The notes under the pieces were generated by a model. That model was not told where the DNA came from, did no database searches, and saw nothing but the letters and a program-made list of their open reading frames with translations. The translations under genes and the position numbers were made by a program. Below, piece by piece: positions 19,431-31,305 of a stretch of DNA of 64,000 bases. Positions within the stretch are counted from its first letter, which is position 1, and every line of letters begins with the position of its first letter. The stretch comes from Octopus vulgaris (taxonomy: Eukaryota). The stretch is from the NCBI GenBank assembly GCA_951406725.2, contig OX597816.1, positions 71,610,001 through 71,674,000 of the forward strand, in the 5' to 3' direction.

Positions 19431-19436
19431 TATCTT

Positions 19437-19853
19437 TCTTATTTCTTTATTGCTCACAAGAGGCTAAACATAGAGGGGACAAACAAGGATAGACAAAGGG
19501 ATTAAGTCGATTACATCTACCCCAGTGCGTAACTGGTATTTAATTTATCGACCCCGAAAGGATGAAAGACAAAGTTGACCTCGGCGGAATTTGAACTCAG
19601 AACGTAGCGGCAGACGAAATACCTATTTCTTTACTACCCACAAGGGGCTAAACACAGAAGGGACAAACAAGGACACAAACGGATTAAGTCGATTATATCG
19701 ACCACAGTGCGTAACTAGTACTTATTTAATCGACCCCGAAAGGATAAAAGGCAAAGTCGACCTCGGCGGAATTTGAACTCAGAACGTAACGGCAGACGAA
19801 ATACGGCTACGCATTTCGCCCGGCGTGCTAACGATTCTGCCAGCTCGCCACCT
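19437..19853 (-). mobile_element. SINE family A, head plus one headless tandem unit
   Basis: Reverse complement of the 13197 arrangement; junction gacgaaatac|ctatttctttac at ~19622. Confidence 0.85.
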
Positions 19854-19879
19854 TACACACCCAATATTTAATGTCGATA

Positions 19880-20264
19880 GTGGAGGTGCAATGGCCCAGT
19901 GGTTTGGGCAGCGGACTCGCGGTCATAGGATCGCAGTTTCGATTCCCAGACCGGGCGTTGTGAGTGTTTATTGAGCGAAAACACCTAAAAGGTCCACGAG
20001 GCTCCGACAGGGTGTGGTGGTGATCCCTGCTGTACTTTTTCACCACAACTTTCACTCACTCTTACTTCCTGTTTCTGTTGTACCTGTATTTCAAGGGGCC
20101 AGCCTTGTCACTCTCTGTGTCACGCTGAATATCCCCGAGAACTACGTTAAGGGTGCACGTGTCTGTGGAGTGCTCAGCCACTTACACGTTAATTTCACGA
20201 GCAGGCTGTTCCGTTGATTCGGATCAACCGGAACCCTCATCGTCGTAACCGACGGAGTGCTTCC
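19880..20264 (+). mobile_element. SINE family C, tail type 2, with TSD
   Basis: 11-bp TSD taatgtcgata at 19869-19879 and 20265-20275; same head as 17004 but a different 3' half. Confidence 0.92.
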
Positions 20265-20635
20265 TAATGTCGATAAAATAATTCCCTCTCTCACTGAAAC
20301 TGGGTTTATAACAACACTGAATTGTACTAGAATTTTGTATTTGTGTTTTTATAAAATACGCTGGGATAATTTTAACCTGCCATAATTTAAATTGCAGTTA
20401 AACTGGAGGAGGAAAAAAGATCAGAAAACACGTGAGTAGTGGCTCTCATGTTAGCTTTGGTAAGTGATGTGATCTTGTTTTACGAGAGAACTGAAACGGT
20501 GTCGTTCTTTTCAGTTCACTTACAGGTTTCCTCATAATGAGGGTTCTAGTTCAGCACATGATCAATTGAACTGGAACATTATTATTACGGGGACTCCAGA
20601 ACAGATTGTTTTGTTAATCAGGTATAGCTTTCATT

Positions 20636-20868
20636 GGCGGCGAGTTGGCAGAAACGTTAGCATGCCGGACGAAATGCTTAGCAGTATTTCGTCTGCCGTT
20701 ACGTTCTGAGTTCAAATTCCGCCGAGGTCGACTTTGCCTTTCATCCTTTTGGGGTCGATTAAATAAGTACCAGTTACGCACTGGGGTCGATATAATCGAC
20801 TTAACCCGTTTGTCTGTCCTTGTTTGTCCTCTCTGTGTTTAGCCCCTTGTGGGCAATAAAGAAATAAG
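20636..20868 (+). mobile_element. SINE family A monomer
   Basis: Full head, core and tail ending aaagaaataaga. Confidence 0.88.
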
Positions 20869-21319
20869 ATTGAAAATAGGCCACTTTGGTGTTTTTCTAA
20901 ATTTATCCATCAATGGCCATTCCTCATGTTACAGGGAAAATTTGACGTCTTTTAGATACACGAATCCAAAAGAAATGCGTCACTCGACATACAAGAAATA
21001 GCAGCCAAATCTCCTTCAAATTATGCCCTACAGTGTTTGGAAATGAAAGCAAAAATGCAGTGAACTATGTAGAGTTGGCGATACAAAAGTATTGGATGGT
21101 CATAACTGAAACTCCTTCGATCATGGGCCAATTAGATCAGATCTGACTTAAAGTTTTAACGACGATGGTATCATAATATACACTCGAGCAAACGAACGAT
21201 CATGCTTCTACGTAGCTGTTCAACCTGTTGGAAGTAACAACCAAATCTCCCTCTAATCCCACCTTATTGTCTTTAAAATTGTGATTGCATTTTCGTCAAG
21301 ATGTCTTTTACAGTTCATC

Positions 21320-21555
21320 TTTTACTTGTTCCAGTCATTGGACAGCGACCATGCTGGAGCACCGCCTTGAACGGTTTTAGTCGAACAAACTGACCTCGGT
21401 ATATATTCTTTAAAGTCTGGTGCTTATTCTGTCGAGTCTCTTTTGTCGTACCGATAGGTTACTGGGACGTAAACAAATCAGCTGTGGTTGTCAAGCAGTG
21501 AATACACACACACACACATACACACATACACACACACATACACACATACACACAA

Positions 21556-21621
<66 letters not shown>

Positions 21622-22057
21622 ATGCATATACACACTACTGGCTAGTTTGGTGACGCGTGGCCTAGTGGTTAGGGTGTTGGGCTTATGATCGTAAGATTGC
21701 AATTTCAATTCCTGGACCGAGCGACGCATTGTGTTCTTGAGCAAGACACTTCATTTCACGTTGCTCCAGTCCACTCAGCTGGCACAAATGGGTAATCTTG
21801 CAACGAACCGGCGTCCCGTATAGGTGGGAAATTTATAAGCTATCGAAACCGGGAGAGCGGCCCATATGAGCAGCCATGATTCGAGAAGGAAGAAGGTAAC
21901 CTTCTTTTAGTTTACGTCTACCAAATTCACTTACAAGGCTTTGGTCGACCCGGGGCTGTAGTAGAAAGCATTTGTTCAACGCACCATGCAGTGGGACTGA
22001 ACCCGAAACCCTGTGGATGGAAAGCAAAGGTCTTGACTATACGGCCATGTCTGCACC
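21320..22057 (-). mobile_element. SINE family B interrupted by a family D SINE
   Basis: 3' half 21320-21500, (CA)n tract, D insertion, then 5' half 21900-22057. Confidence 0.75.
21649..21897 (+). mobile_element. SINE family D (tRNA head, CORE-like domain)
   Basis: gtggcctagtggttagggtgttgg head; ttgtgttcttgagcaagacacttcatttcacgttgctccagtccactcagctg core; relatives at 32757-33026, 41690-41968(-), 51505-51905. Confidence 0.8.
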
Positions 22058-22252
22058 TATTCTGAAAACTAAGAATGAAAGAAAAGAGAAATGAAGAAAA
22101 AGAAAACGGGATGATCACGGCTCAAGCGATTTCGATCAGAAGTTCAAGCAATTGGTGGATCAAAGTTGACATGGAGTTAAGTGATAAAAACGACGACAAC
22201 AGCAACAACAACAATAACAACGGTACCAACGACGACAACAACAGCAACAACA

Positions 22253-22628
22253 GTGGAGGCGCAACGGTCCAGTGGTTAGGACAGCGGATTCGCGGTCAAA
22301 GGATCGCGGTTTCGATTCCCAGACTGAGCGTTGTGTGTGTTTATTGAGCGAAAACACCTAAAAGCTCCACGAGGCTCCGGCAGGGGGGGGCGGCGACCCT
22401 TGTTGTACTCTTTCACCCCAATTTTCTCTTACTCTTTCTTCCTCTTTCTTGTCTCCGACTTCCTACGCAGCCGCTGAGCCTGGATGCGCATTCATCCATC
22501 CGTCGATGTTCTCGGTGTCGGGGGTTTGACCTGCTTTCTCTTATGCGGGTCTTACGAATAACAAAGGACCACGTTTCGAACTTCTCCCACTACGGTCGAC
22601 GACCGCTTCGCTCAACAAACAAACAAAC
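22253..22628 (+). mobile_element. SINE family C, tail type 1, with long flanking duplication
   Basis: Imperfect ~49-bp direct repeat containing ggtaccaacgacgaca at 22204-22252 and 22629-22677. Confidence 0.9.
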
Positions 22629-22976
22629 AACAACAACAACAACAAAGGTACCAACGACGACAGCAAGAGCAACAACAACTTTGGCTGCAATAAAATGCAT
22701 CGAAGGTTAAATATATTAAACAGTTGTACTTGCTGTTTGCGTAATAAAATACATATTGGTAAACAAACATGTTGGAACGTTTTAATCAAGTTAGTTGAAT
22801 GTCAGGCAAAAGAAAATATGTGTGTGATCTCATAAACAAATCTCTTTATTTTGGTAATTTCATATGTAAACATTTCTTACAAAATCTGTTGAATAAATAT
22901 AAACAAAGGTCGACATTTTGTTTCCTTGTGGTGGTGGTAGCGACCGTCATGGTGACAAGGAAAGATTGATTATGTG

Positions 22977-23025
<49 letters not shown>

Positions 23026-23115
23026 CTATGTGTATCGGTGTGTTGGTGCGGTGTCATTAAAGTCTTTCTCTGTGTGTATGTGCGTGTGTGTGTATGTGTG
23101 TGCGCTATATGCCTT

Positions 23116-23193
<78 letters not shown>

Positions 23194-23216
23194 GTCTGTG
23201 TGTGCGTTTGTGTGTG

Positions 23217-23271
<55 letters not shown>

Positions 23272-23382
23272 TCATGCAATCTTAACATTTAAATGACAAA
23301 GTTATGCATTATTCGAACTCAGATTGAATAACTGCGAATAATTTCACACAAAACCAGTAACGGTGCTATTAATTCGTTATTG

Positions 23383-23469
<87 letters not shown>

Positions 23470-23479
23470 ATATTTATTG

Positions 23480-23763
23480 CGTAGCACCTTGGGCAAGTAT
23501 CTTCTACTATAGCCTCGGGCCGACCAAAGCTTTGTGAGTGGATTTGGTAGACGGAAACTGGAAGAAGCCCATCGTATCTGTATATATTTATGTGTGTGTA
23601 TATGTTTGTGTGTCTGTGTTTGTCCCCCTTCCCCAACATCGCTTGACAACCGATGCTGGTGCGTTGACGTTCCCGTAACTTAGCGGTTCGGCAAAAAAAA
23701 ACGATAGAATAAGTACTAGGCTTACGAAGAATAAGCTCTGGAGTCGATTTGCTCGACTAAAGG
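23480..23763 (+). mobile_element. SINE family B, truncated at both ends
   Basis: caccttgggcaagt..gtggatttggtagacggaaactg..gatttgctcgactaaagg. Confidence 0.85.
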
Positions 23764-23764
23764 G

Positions 23765-24025
23765 CATCGACGGATGGATGAATGCGCATCCAGGCTCAGC
23801 GGTTGCGTAGGAAGTCGGGGACAAGAAACAGGAAGAGAGAGTGAGAGAAAGTTGGAGCGAAAGAGTACAACAGGGGTCGCCACCCCCACCACCCCCTGCC
23901 GGTGCCTCGTGGAGCTTTGGGTGTTTTCGCTCAATAAACATACACAACGCCCGGTCTGGGAATCGAAACCACGATCCTCCGACCGCGAGTCTGCTGCCCT
24001 AATCACTGGGTCATTGCGCCTCCAC
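23765..24025 (-). mobile_element. SINE family C, 3'-truncated
   Basis: Reverse complement of the C head and part of the type 1 tail. Confidence 0.85.
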
Positions 24026-24064
24026 TGGTGTAGCTGGTATTTGTCACTTTGGGAACCAATACCT

Positions 24065-24745
24065 TATAGTGTTTTGTAGTGTTATCTTCTGCGCTATGAT
24101 ATTACGCTGTGTTGTATATTTTTTTTTATTGTTATGTTGTGCTGTGTTCCGTAGTGTTCTGTAATGCTATGTTGTGTTATGAAGTGTTCCCTTGTATTAT
24201 GTACGTTACGTAGAATGTGATCCAGTGTTATGGGATATTCTAAGGTGTTCTGAGATGTTATGCAATGCTGTATAATGTTCTGTTGTGTTCTGTAATTTTA
24301 TGTAGTGCTCTGCAGTGTTATATAGTGTTCTGTTGTGTTCTGTGATGTTATGCTGCATTCTGTAGTGCTCCGCAGTGTTTTAATGTGTTCTGTACTCTTT
24401 TGTTGTGCTCTGTAGGGTTCAGTTTTGTTTTGTAGTGTTTTGTAGCACTCCTAGTGCTCTGCTAGTTCTGTAGCCTTCAGCTGTGTGCTTGTAGTGTCCT
24501 ATTGTGTTCTATAGTGTTCAGTTATGTTCTGTAATGTTCTGTGGTGCTCTGTAGTGTTCTGTAGTGTTTTGTTGTGTTCTGTAATGTTCTGTTGTGTTCT
24601 TTAGCGTTCTCTCGTGTTCTGTAACGTTTTCTTGTGTTCTATAATGTTCTGTAATGTTTTGTTGTGTTCTGTAGTGTTCTGTAATGTTCTGTATCATTGT
24701 GTAGCATTCTGTAGCGTTAGGATGTGTTATGAAGCGCTCTGTATT
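24065..24745. repeat. Degenerate 10-bp minisatellite (gtagtgttct)n
   Basis: Visible 10-nt periodicity: gtagtgttct / gttgtgttct / gtaatgttct. Confidence 0.85.
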
Positions 24746-24987
24746 ATTATATTACATAATTAAAGCAGCAAATTGATAGAATTATAACCGTGCCGGACAA
24801 AATACTTTGTGAGATTTCTTCCGGCTCTCTATGTTCTGACTTTCAATGTAGCCGAGGTTGACTTTGCCTTATATCCCTTTTGGTGTCTGAAAAATACGGT
24901 GCCAGTGGCGCACATGGGCCAATGTAATCGACTAACTCATTTCACGCAAAATTTCAGGCCTTGTACCTATTGTAGAAAGTATTATTA

Positions 24988-25975
24988 CAGGGTGAGGCAA
25001 AAGACGACGGACGTTTTTGAAAAATCATTAATTTTAGCTACAAACAACGTTTTTGACATCAATGTGTTTGTATTGAATTAGCTTTTGTCAAAATCAAGTG
25101 TGGAAAACAACAACCATCATGTGGTGTCCGTTTCCATTGATGCATTTCTGTAGGCGTTCTTGGAAGTTGGCCTCCACTCTCTCCAGCATTGCTCTGTCGA
25201 TTTGAACGACTTCCATGCGAACAGCTTCCTTCAAATCGTCCAATGCACAGGGCTTGTGCGCAGACACACGTGCCTTGAGGTTTCTCTCCATAAGAAATAA
25301 TAAGCATGGACAAATAAAGGGGCCAAGGAAATGATGCGGTCATCGACGAGAAGGTGAAGAACGTCCATTGATGCTCTGGCTGTGTGGGCCGCCAACCCAT
25401 CCTGCTGAAACCATACACGTCGAATAGACATACATTTTCGTCGCAATTCAGGCACAAAGAAGTTGTTTACCATTTCCATTATTGCAATTCAGTAACAGCA
25501 TTTTCATTATTGTCTTCAAAGAAATAAGGTCCAATGACGGCAGCTTTTCCAACAGCACACCAAACCGTCACTTTTGGGCTGTGCAATGGTCTTTCGTGCT
25601 GTTCTCTCGGATTTTCAAGAGCCCAATAACGACTGTTCTGTTGATTCCCCATGTCATTGAGATGAAAATGAGCCTCATCACTCATTGACAAAATGCAGTT
25701 GTCATTTGCCTCAAACATTGCTTCCATCTGATGTGCGAAGTTAAGCTGCTATGCATAGCTCCATGGTTTCAACTGTTGTCCACTGACCAATTTGTACGGG
25801 TGGAAATGCAGTTCTTCATACAAAATACGCCTTCCCGATCGATTACAGATGTCAAGTTCAGTGGAATGCCTCCAAGCAGAGCGATTCGGACTCCGCATCA
25901 AAACTTATCAGACGCGTTTCGCATTTTCCGGGGTCTGTCCAGACAGACAAAATGTTTGAGCACCGAAGGTCGACT
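24988..25975 (-). mobile_element. Tc1/mariner-superfamily remnant (Tc3/DUF4817-type transposase, possibly DD41D)
   Basis: TA|CAGGGTG terminus at 24988; frameshifted motifs SDEAHFHL..NQQNSRYW..ENP, PLHSPKVTVWCA..VIGPYFF, WFQQDG..AHTA, LKARV..RLQKCI..NGHH; other end missing. Confidence 0.9.
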
Positions 25976-26395
25976 ATAGTAATCTTTAGGAGGAACAAAC
26001 AAGAGTGCCTAATAATCGACCTAGCAGTGTCAGAAGATCGACATAGCATCATGAAAGAAAGAGAATAAGTTGATAAATATGGAGACCTGAGAATTGAGAT
26101 CGCTAACATGTGGCAGCTACGAGAGTCGAATATAAAGGTCATCCCTATTGTCATCGGAGCATTGGGCTCAATACCACCCAATCTGGTAAAAAAAGACATT
26201 TGAAAACCTTAGAAATACTCTACAGTCTAGATGTAATACAAAAGTCGGCATTACTTGGAACTGCACGCATATTGCGTAAAGTAATGTCCGTGTGAGGTTC
26301 TTGTTGCGACTTGACAAGCAGTACAAACCCCCAGTAGATACAATGTTTTCAATCAACAACCACACAATATTGTATACTGTGCGACGTCTATAATA
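25972..26395 (+). mobile_element. R4/Dong-like RLE non-LTR retrotransposon 3' end with (TAA)n tail
   Basis: CLIIDLAV..KERE*VDKYGDLRIEIANMW..KVIPIVIGALGSIP..IQKSALLGTARILRKV*, 3'UTR, then (TAA)n. Confidence 0.88.
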
Positions 26396-26461
<66 letters not shown>

Positions 26462-26472
26462 GTAGTAGTAGC

Positions 26473-26533
<61 letters not shown>

Positions 26534-26551
26534 ATAATAATAATAATATAA

Positions 26552-27075
26552 TAGCATGGTATGTAAAAAATGCCACAGAACCGCTATTATTAGAAGTAAG
26601 AAGGTCAGGCTTGTGTAGGATGAAAGATTGCAAAGATAAAGCACTGTACAAGCAATTGAAAACGAATGAAACTGAAAACAGGTGGGTAAAGGAAAGAATG
26701 CATGGAAAATTTCATAGGAATGTTGAAGATAAGACAGAAAAGACATGGCTTTGAATGACTAAAAGTGATATAAAACCAGAAACAGAGGCTCTAATCTGTG
26801 CTGCCCAAGAGCAAGCACGAAGAGCAAACTACATAAAATACAGAATAGACAACACATCAGAAAATGGTAAGTGCAGAATCTGTGGACAAAACGGTGAAAC
26901 CGTATGGCATATTACCAGCCAATGTACGCCACTAGACCAGAAAGAACACAAGAGACGCCACGACAATATAGCCAGGCTTGTCCATTGGACACTTTGCAAC
27001 AAGTATGGACTTGACAGAGCAAAAAATTGGTACGGCCACAAACCCGAAGGCATCATCGAAAATAATAATGCAAAG
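26552..27075 (+). mobile_element. R4/Dong-like fragment with a CCHC zinc knuckle
   Basis: MHGKF..KPETEALICAAQEQA..KCRICGQNGETVWHITSQC..KRRHDNIARLVHW..WYGHKPEGIIEN. Confidence 0.9.
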
Positions 27076-27145
27076 ACGAAATGCCGCTAATTATTTTGCC
27101 CGGCATGCTAATGATTTTGTCATCTTAATAATAATAATAATAATA

Positions 27146-27198
<53 letters not shown>

Positions 27199-27249
27199 GA
27201 TGATGATGATGATGATTATGATGATGATGATGATGATGATGATGATAAT

Positions 27250-27437
27250 GAGGGCCTTGATAAGCAGCTCAACAACTCCCTTGCAGTGTTAACGTGGGAG
27301 AACTTCAGAAAATAGTGTTGCTAGGTTCCGCACACATTTTACGCCATGTACGCCCCATGAGATGAGGACCTGCTGTGACCCTAGGGTCAAGGAATGACCT
27401 CGGTTCAGCAGAAGACAACGAACCTTATTCTATTTAA

Positions 27438-27515
<78 letters not shown>
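27250..27515 (+). mobile_element. Third R4/Dong-like 3' end with (TAA)n tail
   Basis: ELQKIVLLGSAHILRHV, a distinct 3'UTR, then a long (AAT)n tract. Confidence 0.75.
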
Positions 27516-27517
<2 letters not shown>

Positions 27518-27650
27518 GTGACCGGGCGCTCTGAGAAGTAAAACACTAATAACGATGATGATGATGATGATAGAGGTGGTAATGGTGGTGGTGATGATGA
27601 TGGTGATGTAATAATAATAATAATAATAATTATAATAATAATAATAACAG

Positions 27651-27682
<32 letters not shown>

Positions 27683-28549
27683 TTCTAACATTCTAACGCC
27701 AAAGAATTGACTCAACGTGTCCTTTGCACCTCGTGAAAGGCGACTAAAAGAGGTTGAGGTAAAATTTGTATACCGACCTCGTAAAAACTCTCTCACCAGT
27801 AACGACTACTCAAAGAATCCCCAAGGGAAGTACTTCGGCTGCCTAGAAGACAGGTCGCACGAGGAAACTCTTGGAAGACAGGATGATTTTGAGGGTTGTC
27901 GTTTGAGTGGTGCGAATGTGTGATTTGCCAGGAGTAGGTAATCACCGACAAATGATTGATCTAGCCACGTGCTATAAACACCACATGCTCCCATACGTGA
28001 CCTGATCTGAACTGATACGACATAGGTTAGGGGCCACAATACTTACTTTGCTGCCGGATTTCAGATGATCCATCGGTCAAAAACCCTAGGATCCTAAGAG
28101 AAACTCGTGAGATATTCATGGACTCCTCTTAAGTCAATTCCTCATAGCCTCCGGGGATTTTGATAGGAAGTCCTCTTCTCCGCCCTTCCTGTTACTTGAA
28201 AGCAGTCTTGTTCCGTCTTGCAAATTTTCTCTCGGAAGCCCTGTGTATGTTATGTAATACCGCTCAGTTCTAAATTGTGTTGTGTAATGTTGTATAAGAT
28301 AACGAAGTATATTTTGTTACGTAATGTCCAACAAGCCAGTGAAATATGTAGTGTTATGTGATGTTTCACAGTGGTTGGTTATTTATAGTTGTGTAATGGT
28401 ATGAAAGACAATAAATTTTACTGAATAGTGTGATGTTTTATGATGGCAAAACAGTAAGGAGTTATGGAATGCTACGAGCGGTGAATTTTGCAGTGTAACG
28501 TTGTATGTATTGTTATATGGTAATAATTTTACAGATTTATGTAAAGTTC

Positions 28550-29082
28550 TGCGAGCTAGCAGAATCGTTAACACACCAGGCGAAATGCTTAGCGGTATTT
28601 CGTCTGCCGATACGTTCTGAGTTCAAATTCCGACGAGGTCGACTTTGCCTTTCTTCCTTTCGGGGTCGATTAAATAAGTACCAGTTACGCACTGGGATCG
28701 ACGTAATCGACTTAATCCGTTTGTCTGTCCTTGTTTGTCCTCTCTGTGTTTAGCTCTTTGTGGGTTGTAAAAAATAGGTATTTCGTCTGCCGCTACGTTC
28801 TGAGTTAAAATTCCGACGAGGTCGACTTTGCCTTTCATCCTTTCGGGGTCGATTAAATAAGTACCAGTTACGCACTGGGATCAATATAATCGACTTAAAC
28901 CGTTTGTCTGTCCTTGTTTGTCCCCTCTGTGTTTAGCCTCTTGTGGGTAGTAAAGAAATAGGTATTTCGTCTGCCGTTAGGTTCTGAGCTCAAATTCCGC
29001 CTAGGTCGACTTTGCTTTTTATCCTTTAGAGATCGATAAAATAAGTTCTAGTTGAATATTTAGATCGTTGTAATCGACTTAA
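28550..29082 (+). mobile_element. SINE family A, head plus two headless tandem units
   Basis: gtatttcgtctgcc restarts at 28595, 28778 and 28962. Confidence 0.85.
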
Positions 29083-29430
29083 TTACTCCGGAGTATGAAT
29101 ATAAAACGAAAGTGCATCCCTCTGCCAACCCATGTCGAGCCAGCGTGGCAGAGTAGATTCATCAAAGTATGATCTTAAGCTCAAATTCAGAGCCTCTTCA
29201 TCAGACCGTAGGTGGTGTAGGAAACATGCTGAGGTCCTTACCTTGCAGTGGATTGAACATGGGCAGCCCAACTCCAAATCCAAATGTTATGTTGTATGGT
29301 AGTGAATTTTGTAGTGTTATGTAATGTTATATATAGATTTACATGTAATATGTACACATATATATATACACATATATACATGCATAATATATCTACCCAT
29401 ACACACATACGCACACACACACACATACAT

Positions 29431-29518
29431 AGGGGCAGGTGTGGCTGTGTGGTAACAAACTACGTTCCAAACACATGGTCCTGGGTTCAGTCCCACTGTG
29501 TGGTGACTTGGCATGTGT
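29431..29518 (+). mobile_element. SINE family B head fused to the Helitron fragment
   Basis: gcaggtgtggctgtgtggtaa..cacatggtcctgggttcagtcccactg. Confidence 0.75.
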
Positions 29519-30974
29519 AGGCACAAACACTCTGTCTTCACATTTGCTGCGTGAGACATGTTTTAATGTTGACGAGCTTGCCGAGTACATAGCCGACAAT
29601 GAGCCAAAGCTCCTTCCAGAACACAAGTTCGCTTACAACTCCGTTGTTAATTCAGTCCGGGCCAAAGCTGGGGGTATTTTTTTCCTGGACGCTCCTGGGG
29701 GCACTGGGAAAACTTTTCTCAACAAATTAATATTGGCTGAGATTAGGCGAACACAATGCATTGCCCTAGCTGTGACATCATCTGGAATTGCGGCTACTTT
29801 GTTGCCAGGCGGCAGGACAGCTCACTCCACTTTCAAGCTCCCGCTTGACTTAGCGAAGACTGAGACACCAACTTGCAACATCAGTAACAGCTCCGATCAG
29901 GCAGAAGTCTTCAGACGATGCAAGCTTATCGTTTGGGATGAATGCACGATGGCCCACAGACGTGCTCTTGAGGCACTAGATAGATCTCTCAGAGACATCA
30001 AACACTCTTCAGCTCCCATGGGAGGCATAACACTTCTTCTTTCAGGGGACTTCCGACAAACACTTCCCGTTATTCCTAAATGGACTGCAGCTGATGCAGT
30101 AAGTGCGTGTCTTAAGTCATTCACATTGTGGCCACTGGTTAAGACTCTCAAACTTCACACCAATATGCGTGCTCATATGCGACGTGATATCACATCAGCA
30201 GCATTTTCTCACACCCTCCTTGCACTTGGCGAAGGCAAAATACCAAGGGATGAAAATGGTAATATTGCCTTCGATTCCATTTGTACCATTGTTAAAACGC
30301 CTTCTGATCTCAGAGATGCAGTGTTCCCAGATCTACAAGCTAATTATCAGAATATGGATTGGATTGGCCAAAGGGCTATTCTGGCCCCGAGGAATAAAAC
30401 TGTTCACCATATTAATGATGAAATGCTAAGACTCATTCCTGGGGATGTCTATGTATATAAGTCTATCGATACAACTCCTGACCCAGAGGATGTCATCAAC
30501 TATCCAATAGAGGTACTCAAATCCTTTGAGCCCCCCGGACTACCACCACACATTCTCAAACTTAAAGTTGGTGCCCCTATAATGCTCATTAGAAATTTGG
30601 TTCCCCCCAAACAATGCAATGGCACACGTTTCATCGTTAAGTCCTTATCTCCCAATCTGATTGAGGCCATCATTATCACAGGGTGCGGTCGAGGCAACGT
30701 TGTGCTCATACCTAGGATGCATCTTTTCCCATCAGGAGCAGACCTACTTTTCATATTTCGGAGGTCCCAGTTCCCAGTAAGGCCATGTTTCGCAATGTCA
30801 ATTAACAAAGAGCAGGGTCAAACACTGTCAGTGGAGGGAATACATTTGGGAGAGCCATGTTTCTCTCATGGTCAGCTTTATGTTGCCTGCTCGCGTGTCG
30901 GCAGCAACAGTGATGCTTTCGCATTCGTTCCACAACGAAAAACAAAAAACATTGTGTACAAGGAGGTTTTATAG
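29519..30974 (+). pseudogene. Helitron PIF1-family helicase domain, open frame lacking Rep and a true start
   Basis: DAPGGTGKT (Walker A), SSGIAATLL..GRTAHS, WDECTM, GDFRQTLPV, CNGTR, QFPVRPCFAMSINKEQGQT, FSHGQLYVACSRV, TKNIVYKEVL. Confidence 0.92.
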
Positions 30975-31041
30975 GATTACGTTTCATCATTTTCGAACAC
31001 GTTAGTATTTCACTTGCATACGACTCTCTTTTATGATGGTA

Positions 31042-31305
31042 CTAGCAGTATCGCCCGGCGTTGCTCAGGTTTGTAAGGGAAATAACTATAAAGCATTTTT
31101 AGAGAGTTATAGCCAAAAAATCGATTTTTTTCAGAACTGGGGTAACTTTTCAAAATTTTCGCTGCGTTAGTTTTGAATTATGATATTGGGCTATGTGTGT
31201 GTCAAGTTTCATCAGAATCGGTTGAAAGCCGTGGTCAGAGTGAGGGTACGAGAAAATAGACACACAGAAAACGCACAGACAAACTGCCGTTTATATAGAG
31301 AGAGA
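31042..31305 (-). mobile_element. Non-autonomous Helitron, complete
   Basis: Minus strand A|TC...hairpin cctgagcaacgccggg..CTAG|T; no TSD. Confidence 0.85.

Noticed and set aside
29236-29285. Minus-strand exon candidate DLELGCPCSIHCK|GTAAGG
   Set aside because: Good donor but no pyrimidine tract or acceptor upstream
29439-30974. Host PIF1 gene of 511 aa
   Set aside because: Intronless, its start is a GTG inside a SINE head, the C-terminus is Helitron-type, and a Helitron CTAG end lies downstream
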